From NCBI GenBank assembly GCA_031181325.1, contig JAPSKX010000033.1, positions 231 through 32,230 on the forward strand: DNA of 32,000 bases. Reading direction: 5' to 3'. The notes under the pieces are model-generated. The model made no database searches. It was not told the origin of the DNA and saw nothing but the letters and a program-made list of their open reading frames with translations. The position numbers and the translations under genes are program-made. The DNA comes from Paenibacillus sp. (lineage in GTDB: Bacteria > Bacillota > Bacilli > Paenibacillales > YIM-B00363). Of this stretch, positions 1 to 6,722 are shown piece by piece (within the stretch, counting starts at the first letter, position 1; each line of letters begins with the position of its first letter).

Positions 1-503
1 GCGGCCGTCTGATGCAGGTTATCGTTGCTGCCGATCGAGATGCCGAGGTGGCGGATCTTGCCCGCTTGCACTTCCTTATCGAGCATCGTCCACAGGTCGT
101 CGTTGTCGAACGCCTCGTCGGAGCCCGAGTGGAACTGGTACAAGTCGATGTAGTCGGTCTGCAAGGCGCGCAGCGAATCCTCCAGCTGCTTCTTCACGTC
201 CGCCGCGGACCACAGCTGATCCCGCTGGAATAAGTCGTTGAAATGATGGCCGAACTTCGTCGCCAGTACCCAATCCTCGCGCCGATCGTTCTTTAGGAAG
301 CCGCCGATGAGCCGCTCCGACAGATGATCGCCGTAGCACTCCGCCGTGTCGATCAGGTTGATCCCCAGCTCCTTCGAGCGGCGCAGTACGGCGTCCGCTT
401 CGGCTTGCGTGTACGTCAGGCCCCATTCGCCGCCGAATTGCCACGTTCCTACGCCGATCACCGATACCTTCAGGTCCGTTCGTCCCAATCTCCGGTATTT
501 CAT
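1..503 (-). CDS. Aldo/keto reductase family oxidoreductase, N-terminal part only (3' end runs off the window)
   Basis: This ORF is not in the supplied track because it has no stop within the window. Hand translation of the reverse strand from the ATG at 503-501 gives MKYRRLGRTDLKVSVIGVGTWQFGGEWG...INLIDTAECYGDH...LATKFGH...DYIDLYQFH, a typical AKR N-terminus. A GGAGGAG Shine-Dalgarno lies at 510-516 on the reverse strand, 6 nt from the ATG. Confidence 0.8.
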   Translation of the reverse strand, partial: MKYRRLGRTDLKVSVIGVGTWQFGGEWGLTYTQAEADAVLRRSKELGINLIDTAECYGDHLSERLIGGFLKNDRREDWVLATKFGHHFNDLFQRDQLWSAADVKKQLEDSLRALQTDYIDLYQFHSGSDEAFDNDDLWTMLDKEVQAGKIRHLGISIGSNDNLHQTA

Positions 504-580
504 CCGATGCTCCTCCTTTTACCGATGCTAACTTTAGTGTACCAAATGTCGGCACCTGTCCACCAATGCGGGGCACCCCC

Positions 581-609
581 TTGAAATCCGTCTCGAAACG
601 TACTATAAT
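581..609 (+). promoter_or_regulatory. Sigma-A type promoter for the tRNA gene
   Basis: TTGAAA (581-586), a 17-nt spacer and TATAAT (604-609). The -10 ends about 10 nt before the tRNA 5' end. Confidence 0.6.
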
Positions 610-619
610 TACTTTCACT

Positions 620-693
620 GCGGGTGTAGTTCAATGGTAGAACGCCAGCTTCCCAAGCTTGAGGCGAGGGTTCGATTCCCTTCACCCGCTCCA
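620..693 (+). tRNA. tRNA-Gly, anticodon CCC, CCA encoded
   Basis: Hand-folded cloverleaf. The acceptor stem is GCGGGTG/CACCCGC, the D arm is GTTC-AATGGTA-GAAC and the anticodon loop is TTCCCAA. The T arm is GAGGG-TTCGATT-CCCTT, and the 3' end is T-CCA. The second pair of the anticodon stem is a C-U mismatch (CCAGC/GCTTG). Confidence 0.9.
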
Positions 694-706
694 TGAGAAC
701 TTTTAA

Positions 707-756
707 GCACACTAACTTTTTGAGCCGCTAAACTCAAACGGAAGGTGTGTTTTTTG
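707..756 (+). terminator. Probable terminator after the tRNA
   Basis: GCACAC (707-712) pairs with GTGTGT (745-750), enclosing an inner TTTGAG/CTCAAA hairpin, and is followed by a T run. The loop is long, so confidence is moderate. Confidence 0.45.
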
Positions 757-927
757 TTATGTCGATTAAATTTTCTGGTAAGGTTTTCATCGCCGGGCAT
801 TCTCATCGAATAGCTGCGTGCTTGGGCTCTGAACGGGAACAGATGAAATCGGAGGAATCGATTTTCGCCGGAATGGTTACCAGACACGAAGTGCATACTG
901 TGGTTAGTATTTAACAGGGGGCACTTT

Positions 928-1380
928 ATGTATAACCAACTGATTTTATGGGGTGTATTCGTTCTTCCTTGGTTTACGCTGCTGCTCATGAAGAACGAGG
1001 ACATTAAACGATATATGCCGGTTGGTTTATTTGCTGTTTTCACAAGTGCCATTATTCTTGAGATCGGCGAGACAGTAAAGTGGTGGGTATATCATGAAAC
1101 AGCGTATCCATTACAAAATATCTCGTACCTATACGGGGCAATCCCTGTGGCAACGATGTGGATAATGAAATTTCTCTACAGAAGGTTTTGGCTGTACGTC
1201 GTTTGCGATTTTTTATTAAACCTCTTCTATACATATGTCTTCGAAAATTATTTCTTAGGAAGCCGAGATATTATTCAATTCGTAAACATGACACCTTTCG
1301 TTGATGTTCTCGCTACATCGGCCCTTGGAATTGTCATATATGGGTTCCATGCATGGCAGGAGGATATATTCAAACGCTAA
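928..1380 (+). CDS. Small multi-pass membrane protein, paralogous to 6099-6683 (resembles proteins annotated as CBO0543 family; from memory)
   Basis: 150-aa ORF with an AGGGGG RBS and about four hydrophobic segments. It shares motifs with the 6099 ORF (W..Y..P, IPVA.M.I, R..WLY). It lies in a visibly AT-richer stretch next to the tRNA. Confidence 0.6.
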   Translation: MYNQLILWGVFVLPWFTLLLMKNEDIKRYMPVGLFAVFTSAIILEIGETVKWWVYHETAYPLQNISYLYGAIPVATMWIMKFLYRRFWLYVVCDFLLNLFYTYVFENYFLGSRDIIQFVNMTPFVDVLATSALGIVIYGFHAWQEDIFKR

Positions 1381-1561
1381 TACCACGCCAAGAAGCCTTG
1401 ACGCGATTGCGATCAGGGCTTCTTTCGTTGTGTCGGTTCGGACCCGCCGGGAAGGAACGGAGACATTCCTTATTTGTCTCCGAATCGGGAAACTTGCGCT
1501 CGCCATCGCCTTCGTCTTCGTCCGGGAAATCGGCGCGGGACGTACCGCCCGCATCGGCGCC

Positions 1562-2464
1562 TTACCTCATATGCCGCGGGCGGAACTGGTTCGGCGACAT
1601 GCCGGTGCCCCGACGAAACTGCCGGGAGAAGTGGCTGACCGAGTGGAAGCCGAGTTCCTCCGCGATGTCGCTCACGGTTTTGTTCGTGCCGACGAGCAGC
1701 TGCTTCGCCTTGTTCAACCGCTGCTCGGTCACGTATTGGCGGGGCGGAATGCCGTATATTTTCGTGAAAATCTTCGTGCATTGGCTCCGGCTTATATTCA
1801 GTTCCTCCGCAATGCGGGTCACCGAGCCGTCCGCGCCGACGAGGCGCATCAGCCGCTCCTCGATGAGATGAGCCGTGTCGGCTTCGTAGATCGTCGTCTC
1901 CCGCTGCCGCGATCCGCTCGCCTGGGCGCCCTCGGCGTGCCGCGCGAAGATGTCCTGCACGATGAGCAGGATGTATGCCTGCAAGGCGAGCTTCCGCTCG
2001 TACGTCAACGTCAATCGCTTCTCCGTCCCTGCCGTCTCATTAGAAGAGTGCAGCAAGCTGTGCTCCATGATCCGTTCGATCTCCCCGACATGCGACCGCA
2101 GCCGGGCGGAGGAATCCGAGGGGCCGTCCGGAAACAACGCGTAATCGGAAGCGCTGAGCCGCCGGCGCATCTCGGAATCGTCGATGTCGAAGTGAATGTT
2201 GAAGAAGGAGAAGACGTCTTCGCCTTCGGACGCGTTCGAGACGTCATGCCGGACGCCCGCCTTGAGCAGCAGCCAGCTGCCGGCGCGCAGTCGAACGTCT
2301 TCGCCGCCCACGGACAGCTTCCCCTCGCCGCTGAGGCCGTACATCAATTCGTATAGATGGTGATGATGCTTCGGGTACGTCCAACCGGCCGGCTTGACGG
2401 CGAAGTGGCAGCCCGTGATCTGCAGCGTGCTCGTTATATTCGGAAAGAGGATGTCCGCATGCAT
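1562..2464 (-). CDS. AraC family transcriptional regulator (cupin sensor plus HTH)
   Basis: 300 aa. The N-terminal cupin-like region reads KHHHHLYELMYGLSGEG. The C-terminus carries a typical AraC double HTH (IAEELNISRSQCTKIFTK...SDIAEELGFHSVSHFSRQFRRGTGMSPNQFR). It is divergent from the GH35 gene. Confidence 0.9.
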   Translation of the reverse strand: MHADILFPNITSTLQITGCHFAVKPAGWTYPKHHHHLYELMYGLSGEGKLSVGGEDVRLRAGSWLLLKAGVRHDVSNASEGEDVFSFFNIHFDIDDSEMRRRLSASDYALFPDGPSDSSARLRSHVGEIERIMEHSLLHSSNETAGTEKRLTLTYERKLALQAYILLIVQDIFARHAEGAQASGSRQRETTIYEADTAHLIEERLMRLVGADGSVTRIAEELNISRSQCTKIFTKIYGIPPRQYVTEQRLNKAKQLLVGTNKTVSDIAEELGFHSVSHFSRQFRRGTGMSPNQFRPRHMR

Positions 2465-2645
2465 GGGATGATCGCTTCCTTATTCGCGTGTAGACTGGTG
2501 GTTTCAGAATCAGTATACCATCCGCGGCCCGGCGCAAAAGGTCAAAAATTCGGACGCTTCGTGGATAGGCAACGGGAGCGGAGAAAGCCATAATGGGAGC
2601 GACGCCGGTCCATCGACGACCGGCATATCGGAGGAGGCAAGCGGC

Positions 2646-4397
2646 ATGGCGACGTTTCATTGCGAAGGATCGAATTTTATGTACGACGGAAAACCGGTCC
2701 GTCTGCTGTCGGGAGCGATGCACTATTTCAGAATCGTACCGGAGTATTGGGCGGACCGGCTGCAAAAATTGAAGGCATGCGGCTTCAACGCCGTTGAAAC
2801 TTATGTTCCATGGAACCTGCACGAGCCGAAACCCGGCCGATTTCGCTTCGACGGATTGGCGGATCTCGAACGGTTCGTTCGAACGGCCGGCGAGCTGGGC
2901 CTGTACGTCATCGTTCGTCCGAGTCCGTACATCTGCGCGGAGTGGGAGTTCGGCGGGCTGCCCTCTTGGCTGCTGGCGGACGACGACGTGCGGCTCCGCT
3001 GCTTCGACGAGAAGTTTCTCGGGCATGTGGACGCGTACTACGACGTGCTGCTGCCGAAGCTGAAGCCGCTGTTATGCACGAACGGCGGACCGATCGTCGC
3101 GCTGCAAATCGAGAACGAGTACGGGAGCTACGGGAACGACGCCCGATACTTGGATTATTTGCGTCAGGCCATGATCCGGCGCGGCATGGACGTGCTCTTG
3201 TTCACGTCCGACGGACCGGAGGATGCGATGCTGCAAGGCGGCACGCTGCCCGGCGCGCTGGCGACGGCGAATTTCGGCTCCGGCGCGAAAGCCGCGTTCG
3301 AGAAATTGCGCGAATACGAGCCGGACGGGCCGCTCATGTGCATGGAGTATTGGAACGGCTGGTTCGACCACTGGGGCGAGGAGCACCATACCCGCGATGC
3401 CGGCGACGTCGTCCGCGCGCTCGAGGACATGCTGGAAGCGGGGGCGTCCGTCAACTTCTACATGTTCCACGGCGGGACGAATTTCGGCTTCTTCAACGGG
3501 GCGAACTGCCAAGCGAAGGACGCCTACGAACCGACCGTCACGAGCTACGATTACGACGTGCTCCTGAGCGAATCCGGGGAGCCGACGGAGAAGTTTTACG
3601 CCGTGCGGGAGGCGATCGGCCGATATGCGAACGTCGCGGAACGTACATTGCCGGAGCCGATCGGCAAGAAGGCGTACGGCCGGGTGGAGATGACCGGCCA
3701 GGCGGAGCTCTTCTCCCATTTGGATCGATTATCGGACGCGGTGCGGCGAACGGCGCCGGAGCCGATGGAGAAGCTGGGGCAGGACTTCGGCTTTATCCTG
3801 TACACGACTCGGATCACCGGACCGAGACCGTCGAAGGAGCTGGTCGTCCAGGATGTGCGGGATCGCGCGCTCGTGTTTCTCGACGGTAAGCTGCATGGCG
3901 TGCTGGAGCGCGGGAAACCGGAGGCGAAGGTGTCTTTCGCGGTGCCGGCGGAGGGAGCGGAGCTCTCGATTCTTGTCGAAAATATGGGGCGGATCAACTA
4001 CGGTCCGTATCTGAGAGATGCGAAAGGGATTACCGAAGGCGTCCGCCACGGCTTTCAATTTCTATACGACTGGTCGATCCGCTGCCTCCCGCTCGAGGAC
4101 TTGTCCCGGCTGGAGTTCGGGCCCGTCCGTCCGCAGACCGCGCCAGCCTTCTACCGAGGAATGCTGCGTACGGGCGATGACGTACAGGACACGTTCCTCC
4201 GGCTGACCGGTTGGACGAAGGGCGTCGTATTCGTGAACGGCTTCAATCTCGGGCGCTATTGGGAGAAGGGGCCGCAACAGACGTTGTACGTGCCGGCGCC
4301 TCTCCTGCGCCCGGGCGACAACGAGATCGTCGTCTTCGAGCTGCACGGGACGAGCGAAGCCGCCGTCTTCTTCGTCGATACGCCGCTCCTCGGGTGA
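2646..4397 (+). CDS. Beta-galactosidase, glycoside hydrolase family 35
   Basis: 583 aa with GH35 signatures: GAMHYFRIVPEYWADRLQKLKACGFNAVETYVPWNLHEP, RPSPYICAEWEFGGLPSWLL and GGPIVALQIENEYGSYG. A strong GGAGGAGG RBS precedes the start. Confidence 0.9.
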   Translation: MATFHCEGSNFMYDGKPVRLLSGAMHYFRIVPEYWADRLQKLKACGFNAVETYVPWNLHEPKPGRFRFDGLADLERFVRTAGELGLYVIVRPSPYICAEWEFGGLPSWLLADDDVRLRCFDEKFLGHVDAYYDVLLPKLKPLLCTNGGPIVALQIENEYGSYGNDARYLDYLRQAMIRRGMDVLLFTSDGPEDAMLQGGTLPGALATANFGSGAKAAFEKLREYEPDGPLMCMEYWNGWFDHWGEEHHTRDAGDVVRALEDMLEAGASVNFYMFHGGTNFGFFNGANCQAKDAYEPTVTSYDYDVLLSESGEPTEKFYAVREAIGRYANVAERTLPEPIGKKAYGRVEMTGQAELFSHLDRLSDAVRRTAPEPMEKLGQDFGFILYTTRITGPRPSKELVVQDVRDRALVFLDGKLHGVLERGKPEAKVSFAVPAEGAELSILVENMGRINYGPYLRDAKGITEGVRHGFQFLYDWSIRCLPLEDLSRLEFGPVRPQTAPAFYRGMLRTGDDVQDTFLRLTGWTKGVVFVNGFNLGRYWEKGPQQTLYVPAPLLRPGDNEIVVFELHGTSEAAVFFVDTPLLG

Positions 4398-4518
4398 CGT
4401 CCGCGAAGAGAGAGGCTTCGCTCCGATTCATTTTGGGCGCTCGGTCCCGGGCGTTCGCACAGCCGCCGCCCCCGTCACTACCGTATATTACAGAAGTACG
4501 GGAGGGGGTGGAGCGATC

Positions 4519-4626
4519 ATGGCAGCAGTAGGTTGCGGCGGCGTAGGCGGCGCATTCACTTCCACGGGAGCGATCTTGGTACTGTTCATTCTGCTCGTTA
4601 TCATTAGCCGTTCGTTCTTGCTCTAA
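4519..4626 (+). CDS. YjcZ-like tiny sporulation/membrane protein (35 aa), copy 1
   Basis: This ORF is below the size cutoff of the track. It encodes MAAVGCGGVGGAFTSTGAILVLFILLVIISRSFLL, a Gly-rich head plus the ILVLFILLVII tail typical of the YjcZ / tiny-TM family. A GGAGGGGG RBS precedes it. A paralogue lies at 5840-5947. Confidence 0.75.
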   Translation: MAAVGCGGVGGAFTSTGAILVLFILLVIISRSFLL

Positions 4627-4644
4627 GCCGAACGAAGGCGAGGA

Positions 4645-4670
4645 AAGGCCTTGGGAATCCCCAAGGCCTT
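4645..4670. terminator. Bidirectional hairpin between convergent genes
   Basis: AAGGCCTTGGG / CCCAAGGCCTT forms an 11-bp perfect stem with a 4-nt loop. It lies between the stop at 4626 (+) and the stop at 4690 (-). Confidence 0.6.
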
Positions 4671-4689
4671 GTTTCGCGTTCGAAGCCCT

Positions 4690-5319
4690 TCACTCGCATG
4701 CGACGCCGTCGCGGTCCCGGTCGAGCTTCGCGCTGTACCCCGGGTCGCCCGCGTACAACGGAGCTTTCCCGGCGACTCGAGCCTCGGCGCAGGAAGCGAA
4801 GTCCGCCTCGCCGCCCGACCGGCCCGCATCGCCCTTCGCTTCGGCCGTCCCGGCCGTCGCCTTCCCGAACGTGAGCGCGGGCTTCTCGACGACGAAGAAG
4901 ACGCGCGTCCCGTCGGGATAATCCTCGAGCCGATGCCCGACCCATGCGCCGGCGCCGCGATTGTCGCCGGAGTCGATATAAGCGACGTTGGCGCCGTCGC
5001 CGCCTTCCTCGCACATCGCCATCGGCCATTCGTCCCGGTCGTACCCTTCGCGCGTATCGATCCCCGCCAGCGACCGCCGGCGGTTCTCGTCCGCGCCGTC
5101 CCGATCGATCGTGCAAACCGCGGACGCGCCTCCGAGCGTTATAGCATCATAGATATGTAAGGCGGTCTCGGGGTAATCGTCGCTAGGGAAGACGAGCAAC
5201 GCATCGTACGCCGCATCCGCCGCGTCGGCAGGCTCTACCGCGGTCGAGGCGCAGCCGCCGACGCCGAGCAGACAGACGAACCCAAGAATTAGGGCGGCAA
5301 TCCGTTTTCGCAGAAGCAT
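4690..5319 (-). CDS. Secreted lipoprotein with a NucA/NucB-type DNA nuclease domain and a C-terminal Excalibur calcium-binding motif
   Basis: 209 aa. The lipobox reads LLGVGGC. The nuclease core ([12 protein letters not shown]...[17 protein letters not shown]...[37 protein letters not shown]) closely recalls B. subtilis NucA/NucB. The C-terminus ends in [10 protein letters not shown], an Excalibur signature. Confidence 0.85.
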   Translation of the reverse strand: MLLRKRIAALILGFVCLLGVGGCASTAVEPADAADAAYDALLVFPSDDYPETALHIYDAITLGGASAVCTIDRDGADENRRRSLAGIDTREGYDRDEWPMAMCEEGGDGANVAYIDSGDNRGAGAWVGHRLEDYPDGTRVFFVVEKPALTFGKATAGTAEAKGDAGRSGGEADFASCAEARVAGKAPLYAGDPGYSAKLDRDRDGVACE

Positions 5320-5417
5320 GCAGTCCCTCCTTCGAAGTACAAAGCATAAGGCGTCGGCCTCATTGTACTATGAATTCCGCTGCCCTGCGATATTATTGCT
5401 GTAAACAAATAACAAAT

Positions 5418-5442
5418 CCCCGCCGGCATCCGCCGGGCGGGG
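5418..5442 (-). terminator. Rho-independent terminator (reverse strand)
   Basis: A CCCCGCCGGC...GCCGGGCGGGG hairpin of 10 bp with one bulge. On the reverse strand it is followed by ATTTGTTATTTGTTT. It lies downstream of the small ORF at 5560-5658. Confidence 0.5.
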
Positions 5443-5559
5443 TCGAGGACGACGACATCGTCCTGGACGGCGTCATCGAGTTTATCGCGTAGCGACGGGA
5501 GTAAGCCCCGTTCGCCGAGCGGCGGGCGGGGCCGGCATTCGTTGCAGCAGCGTTCCCGG

Positions 5560-5658
5560 CTACTCCTTGCCGCTGCGGGTCGAGCCCGGCACGGCGGAAT
5601 CGTGGTTATTTCCCGGCGGCTTGCGCTTCTGCTGCTTCTGCGAGTTTCGATGAGCCAT
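5560..5658 (-). CDS. Hypothetical small basic protein (32 aa), possibly a spore-associated peptide
   Basis: This ORF is not in the track. It encodes MAHRNSQKQQKRKPPGNNHDSAVPGSTRSGKE. A GGGAGG RBS lies about 10 nt upstream, and a terminator lies downstream at 5418-5442. No family was recognised. Confidence 0.35.
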   Translation of the reverse strand: MAHRNSQKQQKRKPPGNNHDSAVPGSTRSGKE

Positions 5659-5839
5659 TCGTATGCGTCCTCCCTTCCGAAGGGGTTGCCACTACACAGT
5701 GCAGTATCCCCCGCGCATCGGGGTCGTATGAGGATGGCCTATCTCGATAACTTTTGGGCGGTCGCCTCCGGGCGCTCGCACAACCATCCTTCTCGTCCCC
5801 TTCGTATAGTACAGAAGAACGCGAGGGGGTGGATCGAAC

Positions 5840-5947
5840 ATGACAGCTGTAGGCTACGGAGTTGGCGGCGGATTCACTTCCGTCGGCGCGATCTTGGTGT
5901 TGTTCATCTTGTTGGTGATCATCAGCCGCGCCGTGCTGGGTTACTAA
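5840..5947 (+). CDS. YjcZ-like tiny sporulation/membrane protein (35 aa), copy 2
   Basis: It encodes MTAVGYGVGGGFTSVGAILVLFILLVIISRAVLGY. The RBS is GAGGGGG. The length and the spacing of the upstream region are the same as for copy 1. Confidence 0.75.
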   Translation: MTAVGYGVGGGFTSVGAILVLFILLVIISRAVLGY

Positions 5948-6098
5948 TCGAATCGGAACCCCGGCGAGGTCCCGCGATGCGTTGCGGGGCCTCTTTCCGT
6001 TTTCGAAGAAGTTGTAAACGGCTGCGGATAGTTCCTCTGTCGGTAGCGAAATCTAGAGGTATCCACAGTATCGCATCGAACGTAAGGAGGAGTCCTGC

Positions 6099-6683
6099 AT
6101 GTCGGACGAGCAGCGGGCGGCGTTGAATGGCCTGAGCGAGAGGGCGGCTACCTTGAAGGAGGATTGGCTCGATTATTGGATATCGTATTCGAATATGAGT
6201 ACGTGGCAATTCTGGGTCAACCTTGCGTTCTTCGTCGTGCCGCTGACCGCGTTGTTCCTCTTCTTGGATCGGAGCAAGGCGTTCCGGATCGGCTTCTTCG
6301 GGTACGGAGTACACTTGTTCACCGGATTTCTGGACGCGTTCGGCACGACGAACGGATATTGGGAGTATCCGTTCAAGTGGTTCCCGTTCCTGACCAACAG
6401 CATCGGTCTGGACGCTTCGCTTATTCCGGTCGCATACATGTTTATATACCAGTGGACCTTGAACCATCGGAAAAATTATTACCTCTACATGATCGCGCTC
6501 AGCGCTGTGTTCGCCTTCGGGATCAAGCCTCTATTGGATGGGCTGGACCTGTTCCAGCGTTTCCGAGGTTTAGCGTTCTGGCATATCTTTATCGTCTATC
6601 TCCTGCTCGGCACGATTCCGAAGTGGTTGACGGACTTCTTCGCCTGGTACCAACACAAGGCGCGGAGACCGGCAAGGGCGTAA
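6099..6683 (+). CDS. Small multi-pass membrane protein, paralogue of 928-1380 (CBO0543-like; from memory)
   Basis: 194 aa with an AAGGAGG RBS. It has hydrophobic segments and shares motifs with the 928 ORF (GYWEYPF..., LIPVAYMFIY, YYLYM). Confidence 0.65.
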   Translation: MSDEQRAALNGLSERAATLKEDWLDYWISYSNMSTWQFWVNLAFFVVPLTALFLFLDRSKAFRIGFFGYGVHLFTGFLDAFGTTNGYWEYPFKWFPFLTNSIGLDASLIPVAYMFIYQWTLNHRKNYYLYMIALSAVFAFGIKPLLDGLDLFQRFRGLAFWHIFIVYLLLGTIPKWLTDFFAWYQHKARRPARA

Positions 6684-6722
6684 ACCGCGGGAGCCGCCCC
6701 GCTCGTCTCTCGGAACGGCCCA

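Noticed and set aside
76-618. A 180-aa reverse-strand ORF in the supplied track at the left edge.
   Set aside because: It is out of frame with the clear aldo/keto reductase reading frame (start at 503), runs into the tRNA promoter and has no recognisable motifs.
1420-1440. A possible att-like remnant of the tRNA 3' end (GGTTCG...ACCCGC) at the right edge of the AT-rich islet.
   Set aside because: The match is only two 6-nt blocks with different spacing from the tRNA. This is well within chance expectation, and no integrase gene is present.
5443-5493. An apparent C-terminal coding remnant on the + strand (...VEDDDIVLDGVIEFIA*).
   Set aside because: It is very short with no upstream frame or start. 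The same bases form hairpins belonging to the reverse-strand terminator region, so there is not enough evidence for a pseudogene.
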